Assembly (NCBI GenBank): GCA_041677125.1
Contig: JBAYQP010000001.1
Span: 2,677 to 66,676 of the forward strand
Direction: 5' to 3'
DNA: 64,000 bases
Source: Desulfuromonadales bacterium
GTDB lineage: Bacteria > Desulfobacterota > Desulfuromonadia > Desulfuromonadales > JACZKF01
Positions 39,698 to 48,860 of this stretch are shown in pieces (the first letter of the stretch is position 1; every line of letters begins with the position of its first letter). The translations under genes and the position numbers were made by a program. The notes under the pieces are model-generated. The model was not told the DNA's origin and made no database searches. It saw nothing but the letters and a program-made list of their open reading frames with translations.

Positions 39698-39831
39698 GCC
39701 TTCCCCGCCCGTCCCGCCTTTCCCGCCGGCGGGGGAAATAAATTTCCATCCGGCGGTTGAATTCTCCTGCCGATGGGGTTAAATCACAGTGCCCCTTGAG
39801 CATTACTTCTCTTGCGTCGCAGGAAGACTTC

Positions 39832-40449
39832 ATGCCGGTAAAAATCCTGATCGCCTGTCGAATTCAACTCTTCGCCCATGGCATCAAACGCCTTCTTGAG
39901 GAGGGGCGCCGCGATCGCCTGGTGAGTGTTGCCAGCGGCGACGATTTCAAGGAGAAAATGGTATTCGAACCGCAGATCATTCTTGCGGATCAGGTTACCT
40001 GCCGCCAAATCCTGAGCGAACACCAGTTCGCGACGGCCAAGCTCATCTGCATCATCGAGAATCGCAATTCTCTCTCCGCCTACGGCGATCTTTCGGAACT
40101 GGTGACGAAGGGATTTGCCGGATTTCTTCCCGGCTATGCGGACCTTGCGATGCTGAACAAGGCAATCGACTCGGTGCAGAGGGGGGAGTTGTGGATCGAT
40201 CGCAAGACGCTGCGGGATTCTTTCCTGCACAAGGGGCGGGACGAGATTTCCCTGACCCGCCGGGAGCAGGAAATTCTTCGTTGTCTGGGCAGCGGCTTTT
40301 CCAACAAGGAAATAGCCGAGAAACTATGCATCACCGAGCAGACGGTGAAATCGCACTGCAATCATCTATATAAAAAATTCGGGGTCAAAAACCGCCTGCA
40401 ACTCGCCCTGTACAATTCCCAGAACGAATTCGACCAGTTCTTCAGCTGA
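39832..40449 (+). CDS. LuxR/NarL-family transcriptional regulator with a degenerate receiver domain
   Basis: 205 aa from MPVKILIACR. The C-terminal HTH is LTRREQEILRCLGSGFSNKEIAEKLCITEQTVKSHCNHLYKKFGV. The N-terminal receiver-like fold lacks the usual acidic pair (IAC instead of DD). Confidence 0.8.
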   Translation: MPVKILIACRIQLFAHGIKRLLEEGRRDRLVSVASGDDFKEKMVFEPQIILADQVTCRQILSEHQFATAKLICIIENRNSLSAYGDLSELVTKGFAGFLPGYADLAMLNKAIDSVQRGELWIDRKTLRDSFLHKGRDEISLTRREQEILRCLGSGFSNKEIAEKLCITEQTVKSHCNHLYKKFGVKNRLQLALYNSQNEFDQFFS

Positions 40450-40460
40450 AAGTCCTCGGC

Positions 40461-41159
40461 TTATTTAAAACGGATCTTGCGCACCCCCGGCAGTTGCGCG
40501 ATGAGCGTGGTCATCTCGCGGCCGATCCTTCGCTTCTGGCGGGTAAGGACGATCTGGTATTCGACCTCGCCGGTCGAAAAATCGGTGGCGGCGCGCAGGT
40601 CGCTGATGCGCAGGCGGTGCTGCTGAAAAATGCGCTCCATGTCGGGATAGATATCCGGTGCGAGGGTGGCGACGACGGTCAGATGCAGGTAGCGGTCCTT
40701 GTTCAGGATTTGCTCCAGGCGTTTGAGGAACACCAGGCTGGCCAGGGCGATGATTGCGGCCATGACGGCTGGGCCGAAAAACCCGGCGCCAAATGCCATG
40801 CCGACGCCAGCGCAGAGCCAGAGGGAAGCGGCGGTGGTCAGGCCGCGAATGGAAAAACCCTCCTTGATAATCACCCCGGCGCCGAGAAAACCTATGCCAA
40901 CAACGACCTGCGCCGCCACGCGGGCGGGATCGAGGCGCACCGTGCCCAGCGCGTCCATCCCGCCATACTTGAGGTAAAACCCCTCGGAAACGATCGTCAT
41001 CAAAGCCGCACCGACCGCCACCAACAGGTGGGTGCGCAATCCGGCCGGTCGGCCGTGCGTTTCCCGCTCCAGGCCGATGACCCCTCCAGCCAGACCAGCC
41101 AGGAAAAGCTTCACCAGCACCATTAAATGATAACTGCCGAGCAGACTGTCCAAAAACAT
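40461..41159 (-). CDS. MgtC/SapB-family membrane protein with a C-terminal ACT-like domain
   Basis: 232 aa containing GGVIGLERETHGRPAGLRTHLLV and several TM segments, with a soluble C-terminal domain. Confidence 0.85.
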   Translation of the reverse strand: MFLDSLLGSYHLMVLVKLFLAGLAGGVIGLERETHGRPAGLRTHLLVAVGAALMTIVSEGFYLKYGGMDALGTVRLDPARVAAQVVVGIGFLGAGVIIKEGFSIRGLTTAASLWLCAGVGMAFGAGFFGPAVMAAIIALASLVFLKRLEQILNKDRYLHLTVVATLAPDIYPDMERIFQQHRLRISDLRAATDFSTGEVEYQIVLTRQKRRIGREMTTLIAQLPGVRKIRFK

Positions 41160-41215
41160 CGCCTTCTCCGCTATTATTCGAATTCTATCTGTGGCGAAAT
41201 GGGGGATTCCTTCCG

Positions 41216-42382
41216 TCAGGCCCGTGGAATGATTTCAACCAGCAGTTCGGAGACCCGCACCATGTCTTCGACCCGCACCGATTCCTCCACCGAATGCACG
41301 TGCGTCATGCCGGTGCCGAGGATGACCGTCTCGATGCCATGGTGGTTGAAAATATTGGCGTCGGAACCGCCGCCCGCGCCGCGCACTTCGATTTTACGAC
41401 CCAACCGGGCGCCCGCATCGAGAACCAGTTGCACGACGGACGCATCCGGCCGGACGACCATTCGGGGATATTCGGCCACCACCTCGGCGCGCACTTCCGC
41501 CGCGATCCGACGGCCGTCGATGTCATGCACCGATGCTTGCGCCGCTTCTTCCAGACAGGCGACCATGTGTGCGGTCTGCCGCTCCAGTTTCTCCGGATCG
41601 TGACTGCGCGCCTCTCCCTCCAGAAATACTTGGCGGGCGACGATATTGGTGGCTTGTCCGCCGCCGATGGTGCCGATGTTGGCGGTTGTTTCATCGTCAA
41701 TGCGCCCCAGGCGCATGGCGGCAATCCCACGAGCCGCCACCTCGATGGCCGAAATTCCTTTTTCCGGCGCTATGCCGGCATGCGCCTCGCGACCGACGAT
41801 TTCGACGCGCAGCTTATTGGCGCCGGGCGCTCGGTGAATCAGCAGATCGATGCCGGAGGTGTCGAGGGCGATGCCGCGCCGGGCGGCAAGCAGGTCAGGG
41901 TCGAGAAGCTTCGCGCCCAGTAGCCCGATCTCCTCGCAGATGGTAATGACCACCTCCAGCGGGCCGTGCTCCAGCTTGCGCTCGCGTATCACTTCCAGCG
42001 CCTCGATGATTTCGGCAATGCCCGCTTTGTCGTCGGCGCCGAGCACTGTATCGCCGGCACTGGTGAAAACGCCCTCATGCAAAACCGGACGAACCCCCAT
42101 GGCCGGTTCGACGGTGTCCATGTGCGCCGAGAGCATGAATGCCTCTGCTGTGCGTCCGAAGGGAGCAAAGCGGGCAATCAGGTTGCCGCTCTCGCTTCCG
42201 GCCTTTTCTCCGGCGTCGTCGATGAGGACTTCGGCGCCGAGCCGTCGGAAGCGCTCCGTCAGGTAACGGGCGATCTCCCCTTCCTTTCTGGACGGGCTGG
42301 CGATGGCGGCCAGACGCGAAAACTCCTCGGTGATCCGTTGCCGGTTTATCATACGACTCTCTTTCGATGATTGTTTATTCAT
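41216..42382 (-). CDS. M20-family metallopeptidase (tripeptidase/PepT-like)
   Basis: 388 aa containing SPSRKEGEIA, SAHMDTV, GADDKAG and EEIGLLGA. The start may instead be MINRQR at 42352. Confidence 0.8.
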   Translation of the reverse strand: MNKQSSKESRMINRQRITEEFSRLAAIASPSRKEGEIARYLTERFRRLGAEVLIDDAGEKAGSESGNLIARFAPFGRTAEAFMLSAHMDTVEPAMGVRPVLHEGVFTSAGDTVLGADDKAGIAEIIEALEVIRERKLEHGPLEVVITICEEIGLLGAKLLDPDLLAARRGIALDTSGIDLLIHRAPGANKLRVEIVGREAHAGIAPEKGISAIEVAARGIAAMRLGRIDDETTANIGTIGGGQATNIVARQVFLEGEARSHDPEKLERQTAHMVACLEEAAQASVHDIDGRRIAAEVRAEVVAEYPRMVVRPDASVVQLVLDAGARLGRKIEVRGAGGGSDANIFNHHGIETVILGTGMTHVHSVEESVRVEDMVRVSELLVEIIPRA

Positions 42383-42587
42383 GTTTAGCGCATCTGTCCC
42401 AGCATTTTCAATAGAATAAGAACATTTACCCGGGCAAAACGATTTTTCCTTTACCTATGTGCTATTTGCACGAATTCTCGGTCTGGACACAGCGGGTCGA
42501 AAGCTGCTACCATGCGCCAGTTTTTCATTGAATGTCCGGCGAGAACTCTCCGGCCTGCCATCGCTCCATTTTTCATTGCGAGATGTC

Positions 42588-43919
42588 ATGCAGTTTGATT
42601 GGAAATCCCCTAGAAAACCCGCGACGAGTATCAGCCCTCCCCGTCCTTCCCGCCGTCTGCCCTATCTTCTTTTGCTGCTGGCTTTGGCTTCTCTGCTGCT
42701 GGTCGCCAATCACTATTCGCCGCGCCGTTCGCCGTCGCTCATCGCCGCCGAGCAAGAGAATACCAAATCAGGACCGACCGCGCCCGTGCTGAAAATCAGT
42801 GAGAAAGTCGTTGCGGGGACGATCCAGCCGGGTGAGACGATCACCTCCTTGCTCGGGGAGTACTTCAGCAGCCGGGAACTGCACGACCTGAGTCGGGCAA
42901 GCAAGGACAAGTTCCCCCTTTCCGGCATCTGTGCCGGGCAACCGTATAAGCTTTGCCTGAAAGAAGAGGCCTTCGAGCGCTTCGAATACGATATCAATCG
43001 GAGCGAGCAATTGATCATCAGCCGCGCCGAGGATGGTTTCATGGTTTCCCGGGTGCCGATCGAATACGATATCGTAACGGAAACGGTGCGCGGCACGATT
43101 AGCAGCAGCCTGTTTGAGGCGGTATCCGCATCGGAAGAAAATCCGGAACTGGCCATGATCCTGGCCGATATTTTCGCCTACGATATCGATTTCATCCTCG
43201 ATATCCGCCAAGGCGACACCTATCAGGCGGTGGTGGAGAAACGTTTCCGCAAGGGCGTTCCCGCCGGATATGGTCGCATTCTGGCTGCGGAATTCAACAA
43301 CCAGGGGCGGAGCTACCAGGCCTTTCTCTTCCAGGACGGCCAGCGGCCTGCCGCCTATTATAACAGCAAGGGGGAAAGCCTGCGGACGGCTTTCTTGCGC
43401 GCCCCCCTCGCCTTCAGCCGCATTTCCTCGGGCTTTTCCCTGCGCCGGTTTCACCCCATAGCCAAAACCTGGCGGTCGCACCCCGCCATCGATTACGCCG
43501 CGCCGACGGGCACACCGATCATGACGGTCGGCGACGGAACCATCATCCAGCTTGGTCGTACCAGCGGCAACGGCAATTACCTCAAAATCCGCCACCCCAA
43601 TGGCTATGAGACGATGTACCTGCACATGAGTCGATTTGCCAAAGGGATGAAGGTCGGAAAAAAAGTCCTCCAGGGGAAAGTCATCGGTTATGTCGGCAGC
43701 ACTGGCCTTGCCACCGGTCCGCACCTTTGCTTCCGCATGTCCAAAAACGGCGCTCCGATTAATCCAAATAAGGTTCGGACCGCCGCCGCCGCACCGGTTT
43801 CCCGGGAAAACAAAGAGGCGTTCAAAGCCTCGATTGCGCCTCTCGTCGCACAATTGCAAGGGGCCGATATCCACCAGGCGCAAGCCGGGCCATCGACAAA
43901 CTCGACCATGATCCGTTAA
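42588..43919 (+). CDS. M23-family peptidoglycan endopeptidase with an N-terminal membrane anchor
   Basis: 443 aa from MQFDWKS, with TM LLLLLALASLLLV. The M23 motifs are HPAIDYAAPTGTPI and GSTGLATGPHLCF. Confidence 0.85.
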   Translation: MQFDWKSPRKPATSISPPRPSRRLPYLLLLLALASLLLVANHYSPRRSPSLIAAEQENTKSGPTAPVLKISEKVVAGTIQPGETITSLLGEYFSSRELHDLSRASKDKFPLSGICAGQPYKLCLKEEAFERFEYDINRSEQLIISRAEDGFMVSRVPIEYDIVTETVRGTISSSLFEAVSASEENPELAMILADIFAYDIDFILDIRQGDTYQAVVEKRFRKGVPAGYGRILAAEFNNQGRSYQAFLFQDGQRPAAYYNSKGESLRTAFLRAPLAFSRISSGFSLRRFHPIAKTWRSHPAIDYAAPTGTPIMTVGDGTIIQLGRTSGNGNYLKIRHPNGYETMYLHMSRFAKGMKVGKKVLQGKVIGYVGSTGLATGPHLCFRMSKNGAPINPNKVRTAAAAPVSRENKEAFKASIAPLVAQLQGADIHQAQAGPSTNSTMIR

Positions 43920-43950
43920 AGACCGGCCACTCCGGCCACCAGGAGCGCCA

Positions 43951-45114
43951 ATGGCGGAAAAAATCGGCGAAGTGCTGATCCAGGAAGGTTTGATCACCCA
44001 GACCGACCTTGAAGAAGCTTTGAAGTCCCAAGTCATTTACGGCGGCAAACTGGGGACCAATCTGATCGAAATGGGTTTTCTCAGCGAAGAGGACTTCGGT
44101 CGGGTTCTCAGCAAAATGCTGCGTGTTCCCTATGTCGGCGCCCACGAACTCCGGGATATCCCACCGGAGGTTATCGCGGCGCTGCCAGCCGACCTCGCCG
44201 AGAAATACAAGGTCGTTCCCCTGCGGCTGGAGAGCCGTCGGCTCACTCTGGTCATGGCGGACCCGACCGATCTGCGGGTCATCGACGACATCTCTTTTCG
44301 TACCGGCTTTCTCATCCGGCCTCTCATCACCTCGGAACTGGGGCTGGAACACACGCTGGAGAAGTATTACGACATCGCCCGCGAGGTGCGCTATATCTCC
44401 CTCGGCCGCACGGTCCCCACGCCGCGCAAGCCTGCCGTCAGTCCCACGCCGCCAGCGGCGCTGAAACGTACGCCCGGCATCTCTCCGGTCGCACAACCGA
44501 CGTCGGCGGCAGCGGATACGGCTGCGCCGGCCCCCTTGGCCGCTGGAGCAGCGGCATCTTCCCCCGCCGTTAGTCCCCCGCAGCCCATCGACATCTTCGA
44601 GGAGATCCTGGCGGCCGATTCAACCCCGGTCGGGCTGGAAAAGGTAGCCCAGAAGCTGACATTGGCGACGGATCGCGAAGATATCGCCGCCGCCGCAATC
44701 GGCTGGCTGGGCAGTCAGTTTCCGCGAAGCGCCCTGTTTCTCGTCCGCGGAGAATTCGCCACCGGTTGGCACGCTTTTGCAGCAGGAACGATGGTGGACG
44801 GCTTCGACCGGTTGCGCATTCCCTTGGCCGAACCCTCCGTCCTGAAAACGGTGACCAACAGTCGCAGCCCGGTTCTCGGCCCCCTGCAACGGACGCCGTT
44901 CAATTCGGAAATGCTGCAGGCACTCGGCGGTGAACTTCCGAAAACCGTGCTGCTCCTTCCCCTGATGATGCTCGGACGGGTCATGGCCGTTCTCTATCTG
45001 GACGGAGCGGACGCCCTGCTGCAGGAAAAAATGCCGGAAGTGCAGAAACTCTGCGCCAAGATGATCATGGCCTTTGAAATTCTCGTGCTGAAAAACAAAA
45101 TCCTGCAGCTTTGA
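43951..45114 (+). CDS. MshEN (T2SSE_N)-domain protein with a Pro/Ala linker and a C-terminal GAF-like domain
   Basis: 387 aa. Its N-terminus, KIGEVLIQEGLITQTDLEEALKSQ-VIYGG-KLGTNLIEMGFLSEEDFGRVLSKM, fits tandem MshEN 24-mer motifs. This is followed by T2SSE_N-type VPLRLESRRLTLVMADP. Calling the C-terminal domain GAF-like is inference only. Confidence 0.8.
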   Translation: MAEKIGEVLIQEGLITQTDLEEALKSQVIYGGKLGTNLIEMGFLSEEDFGRVLSKMLRVPYVGAHELRDIPPEVIAALPADLAEKYKVVPLRLESRRLTLVMADPTDLRVIDDISFRTGFLIRPLITSELGLEHTLEKYYDIAREVRYISLGRTVPTPRKPAVSPTPPAALKRTPGISPVAQPTSAAADTAAPAPLAAGAAASSPAVSPPQPIDIFEEILAADSTPVGLEKVAQKLTLATDREDIAAAAIGWLGSQFPRSALFLVRGEFATGWHAFAAGTMVDGFDRLRIPLAEPSVLKTVTNSRSPVLGPLQRTPFNSEMLQALGGELPKTVLLLPLMMLGRVMAVLYLDGADALLQEKMPEVQKLCAKMIMAFEILVLKNKILQL

Positions 45115-45144
45115 TATATTGAGCGCCAGGCAGAGGAGACAATC

Positions 45145-45471
45145 ATGAGCGCAAAGACCCTGTTGATTACCGCATCGTTTCTCTTTCTCCTCACCGGTTG
45201 TCGGGCGGCGGCATTATCGGACGCCGGCGGAACCGTCACCGACGGCAGCGAACGCATCGAGTTCGTTGGCCGGATCGTTCATGTGTCCCTGGAAGGTGGT
45301 TTTTTCGGCATTATCGCCGACAATGGCGGGAAGTACGACCCCGTCGCCCTGCCGGAAGCTTTTCGGCGGGATGATTTGCGGGTGAACGTCGAAGCCCGCC
45401 GGCTGCCCTCTTCGGTAGGGTTTCACATGTGGGGCGAGAAAATTGAAATTATTGCGATCAAGCCTCTGTAA
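45145..45471 (+). CDS. Small lipoprotein; function unknown
   Basis: 108 aa with lipobox LLTGC. It contains VHVSLEGGFFGIIADNGGKYDP. No family name was recognised. Confidence 0.6.
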   Translation: MSAKTLLITASFLFLLTGCRAAALSDAGGTVTDGSERIEFVGRIVHVSLEGGFFGIIADNGGKYDPVALPEAFRRDDLRVNVEARRLPSSVGFHMWGEKIEIIAIKPL

Positions 45472-45521
45472 TCCGGAACCTTTTTCGGATCCAATGAAAT
45501 CCAAGGAGAAAGTGTGTTCTC

Positions 45522-46589
45522 ATGACCATTCCTGGACAGCAGGATTTCTCAAGGACGGGAAAACGGCAAAATCTGGTCGCATTGTCAAAACAGGGGCATC
45601 GCCTGATCAAGGCCGGCGCTTACCAGGAAGCCTTTGAGGTCTTTACCCAAGCCTTGGCCATTGAGGCCGACAATCCTTATATTCTGACCGGAATTGCCGA
45701 CTCGCTACGGGCGCAAAAGGAATACGCCGGCGCCGAGGATTACTACCGGCGCGTTCTTGATCGCGATCCGAACAACCTTTTCGCCCTGCGCGGGCTGGGA
45801 GACACCTTCCGCGACCGCGGCGAGCACGACCGGGCGATCGTCTTTTGGCAACGCTATCTGCGGCAGCGCCCCCAAGACATCTTCGTTTTGACCCGCGTTG
45901 CCGACGGCGCCAAGATGCTCGGGCGTTTCGATGAGGCGGAGAACGGCTACCGGAAGATACTCTCCATCCGTCCGGACGACCGGTACTGCCTGATGGGGCT
46001 GGCCGACCTGTATCACAAATTCGGCCGGGAAGCGCAAGCCATCGAATTTTATGAACGGGTCCTCGAACGGGATCCGCAGATGGTGAATATCCTCACTATT
46101 CTCGGAAATCTCTATCGACGGCGGCGCGAACTGAAATCGGCGCAGCGCTGTTATGAACGGGTTCTGCAACTCGATCCGCATAACGCCTACGCTCTCTACG
46201 GCATGGGGGAAACCTGCCGCTGGCGTTGCGACTATCGCGGGGCCATTGGGCATTGGGAAGAAATCCTGCGCCATCACGAAGGGAATACCGGGCTGCTCTC
46301 GCGCATGGGGGATGCTCACCGCAATCTCGGCGATGGCGAAACCGCCGAACATTTCTACCGGCAGATTCTTGATCGCGACTATGATCGTTACGCCCTTCTA
46401 GGCATGGCCAAGTTGCGTTGCCAGCAGGAGCGCTTTGCGGAAATGTTCGTGATATTCGAGGAGTTTCTTCGGCGCGAGGGGGAAAGCGCGCGTGTCTGGG
46501 AAGAGATGCGGGAGATTCTCCTGCGCTGCGAGGGGAAATGCGCCCTGCCGCCGGACATGCAACGGAAGTTGGAGGCCCTCGACCGATGA
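45522..46589 (+). CDS. Tetratricopeptide-repeat protein
   Basis: 355 aa with eight or more 34-residue repeats of the A..YY/FY.R.L..DP.N type. Confidence 0.85.
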   Translation: MTIPGQQDFSRTGKRQNLVALSKQGHRLIKAGAYQEAFEVFTQALAIEADNPYILTGIADSLRAQKEYAGAEDYYRRVLDRDPNNLFALRGLGDTFRDRGEHDRAIVFWQRYLRQRPQDIFVLTRVADGAKMLGRFDEAENGYRKILSIRPDDRYCLMGLADLYHKFGREAQAIEFYERVLERDPQMVNILTILGNLYRRRRELKSAQRCYERVLQLDPHNAYALYGMGETCRWRCDYRGAIGHWEEILRHHEGNTGLLSRMGDAHRNLGDGETAEHFYRQILDRDYDRYALLGMAKLRCQQERFAEMFVIFEEFLRREGESARVWEEMREILLRCEGKCALPPDMQRKLEALDR

Positions 46590-46611
46590 CAGAAAGTTAT
46601 TCGCCGCCCCG

Positions 46612-47187
46612 ATGAACTACCTGGCCCATCTTTATCTTTCCGCCCCGAGCGACGGTTGCCTCCTTGGCAGTCTCATGGGCGATTTCATCAAAGGTCCTGT
46701 GCCCGCCGGCCTGCCGGCGGCAATCCGTCAAGGGGTTTCCCTGCACCGCCGGGTGGACCAATTCGCGCAAAACAACGCCATTTTTCAGCGCAGTAAACAA
46801 CGCATCGATCGTTCCTTCGGCCATTGCCGGGGCATACTGATCGACGTATTTTACGACCACCTCCTCGCCCGCCACTGGGACACCTATTCGCCGCAATCGC
46901 TGGAGGATTTCGCCGGTCGAATTTACGACCTTCTTGCCGGCAACTCTTCTTATCTGCCGGCCGGACTGCAGCGTATCGCGCCGCATATGATACGGAATAA
47001 CTGGCTGGTTTCCTACCGGGAAACGGCCACCGTCGGCCGCGTTCTGGAGCGCCTTGCCGGCCGTCTGCGTCGCCCCAACCCTCTGGCCGCCGGGCTGCCG
47101 GAATTGCTGGAAAACTATGTCGAACTGGAGGGGGATTGCCGCGATTTTCTGAGCGAAGCGGCCGCATACGTACGCGCGATGGGATAG
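46612..47187 (+). CDS. acpH: Acyl carrier protein phosphodiesterase
   Basis: 191 aa from MNYLAHLYLS...GDFIKG...LHRRVD...DHLLARHW...NWLVSYRE, co-linear with E. coli AcpH as I recall it. Confidence 0.88.
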   Translation: MNYLAHLYLSAPSDGCLLGSLMGDFIKGPVPAGLPAAIRQGVSLHRRVDQFAQNNAIFQRSKQRIDRSFGHCRGILIDVFYDHLLARHWDTYSPQSLEDFAGRIYDLLAGNSSYLPAGLQRIAPHMIRNNWLVSYRETATVGRVLERLAGRLRRPNPLAAGLPELLENYVELEGDCRDFLSEAAAYVRAMG

Positions 47188-47236
47188 AATGGCTTGGCTC
47201 GACCCGACAGCGAATCGTCCTTAAAATTAACCTTTT

Positions 47237-48073
47237 TCAGATGAAGTGTTCGAGCAGGTGCTCAAGCTTTTGCAGATGCCGCCTTTCTTCGTCGGATAAA
47301 ATTTCGAAAACCCGCTGCGAATTCTCGTCGGTCAGATCGCGGCGCAGCAGCAGATAACGATCATAGGCGTTGGTTTCAAGGGCAACGCTCAATTCCAGAA
47401 TATCGCAAATTTGCCTGCCCCGCGTCCAGGCGATCGCCTCTTCGACCCGCATCCCTCCTTCCATCCACTCCGCATCTGATGCCGGCAGCAGGCCGGCGGG
47501 AAAGGCGGTCCCCGCCGGTTGGCCGGAGATTCCCTCATAAAGCGCCTGAAGCGTTCTTTTGTGGTGCGCTTCGGCTTCGGCCAATTCGCGAAAAAGACTG
47601 GCCGCTTCATGGTCCCGCACGATTGCCGTCATTTCCAGGTAAAAGCGGTGCGCGCCGTTCTCCAGACGCCAGGCGAGAACGATCTGTTCCAGGGGGGATT
47701 CGGCTTGGGCGAAGAAGGCGAAGTCCTCCTGCGGCAGGCCCTGCGCTTTCTGCCCCCGCCAGGCGTGGATTCCCCCTTTCATGCTGCGCACCTGGCGAAA
47801 GCCGGCATTGACCAGAACATGCGAGGCGGCCCGGCTGCGCAGTCCTGAGCCGCCATAAACGAGAACCGTTTTGGCCGGATCGATTTCGTGCAGCCGCCCT
47901 GCCAATTCTTCCAGAGGAATCAGCCTCGATCCCGGCAAATGTCCCGCCGCATACTCCCGAGGATGGCCGACATCGAGAAGGGTGTAATCGTCCGGATGCG
48001 CCTGCCGCAGAAATTGTTTTACTTCTTCCGCGGTCCAGGCGGGCGCTGGATGAAGAACGGATCGAAAGGTCAC
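47237..48073 (-). CDS. Fusion of a Cys-less rhodanese-like domain and a ferritin/rubrerythrin-like diiron four-helix domain
   Basis: 278 aa. The rhodanese fold is LLDVGHPREYAAGHLPGS...VLVYGGSGLRS, with Gly where the catalytic Cys sits. The C-terminal half carries the ExxH pairs EAEAHH and DEERRH. Confidence 0.75.
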   Translation of the reverse strand: MTFRSVLHPAPAWTAEEVKQFLRQAHPDDYTLLDVGHPREYAAGHLPGSRLIPLEELAGRLHEIDPAKTVLVYGGSGLRSRAASHVLVNAGFRQVRSMKGGIHAWRGQKAQGLPQEDFAFFAQAESPLEQIVLAWRLENGAHRFYLEMTAIVRDHEAASLFRELAEAEAHHKRTLQALYEGISGQPAGTAFPAGLLPASDAEWMEGGMRVEEAIAWTRGRQICDILELSVALETNAYDRYLLLRRDLTDENSQRVFEILSDEERRHLQKLEHLLEHFI

Positions 48074-48121
48074 AACGCGCCTCCGTAAATCCGGTCTGCC
48101 CCACCCGCAAACGGCAATGGG

Positions 48122-48820
48122 TTAGTTGGAAAAGCCTTTTTTCTTCTTTCGCGAGGTCTTGCCGATGATCCAGCCCGTCAGAAAAACCCCGCCTCCGGCC
48201 ATAAACCAGCGAATGGCGCCGGTATAAAGAGTCGATTCCATTTCCTGGCGCAGAGTGCCGACCTCACTGGCGAGTTGGTTGTTCTGCTCCTCCAGCTGAT
48301 CCCGTTCGTGCGCCAGTTCCACCACATGGGCCGATTTGTCCCGCAGCTCGCGGTGCTGCTCCTGCAACGCCGCCAAATCCTTCTCCAACTGGATACGGGT
48401 CGTTTCGACGGTGGAATGCTCCTGTCTGCTGGCCGCAAGGTTGGTGGTCAATTCCGATTGCCGGGTCTGCAGTTGTTGCAACTGGTTTTGCAGCTTTTCT
48501 CTTTCCCTTTCCAGACGGGCGATAACGAGGGCTTTTGGCGTCCTGTTGGTTAAAAACTGTTTGAGCACATAACCCTCGGTTCCGTCCGGCGCCCGAACGA
48601 AATGATATTCCTCGCCTGCTTGCAAAACTTCGAGGGGAGTCCCCGATTTGGGCATCTTGATGATCTTGTGCTTTTCGCTTTCCCCGGAGCGCAGCATGAC
48701 CACCATTTCATCGGAAACATAGAGCGTTTCGGCCCAAACCGGGGAAACGGACGTAAGGGCCAACATGGTCATCAGAATCAGTATAGCGGTTCTCATTTTG
48801 CTTTTTTTCTCCTTGTTCAT
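48122..48820 (-). CDS. SH3-domain / coiled-coil / C-terminal TM protein (YgiM/TIGR04211-like)
   Basis: 232 aa from MNKEKKSKMRT. It has a signal peptide, an SH3-like segment (LYVSDEMVVMLRSG...YHFVRAPDGTEGYV), a long coiled coil and a terminal TM helix. The longer track ORF would overlap the upstream gene. Confidence 0.7.
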   Translation of the reverse strand: MNKEKKSKMRTAILILMTMLALTSVSPVWAETLYVSDEMVVMLRSGESEKHKIIKMPKSGTPLEVLQAGEEYHFVRAPDGTEGYVLKQFLTNRTPKALVIARLEREREKLQNQLQQLQTRQSELTTNLAASRQEHSTVETTRIQLEKDLAALQEQHRELRDKSAHVVELAHERDQLEEQNNQLASEVGTLRQEMESTLYTGAIRWFMAGGGVFLTGWIIGKTSRKKKKGFSN

Positions 48821-48860
48821 TTTGTTGTTGAGCGGCGTGCACAGGTGCTGGCCTCTGCGG

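Noticed and set aside
39718-39737. Palindrome TTTCCCGCCGGCGGGGGAAA after glgP as a terminator
   Set aside because: The stem would have almost no loop and no U-tract follows, so I cannot support a terminator call.
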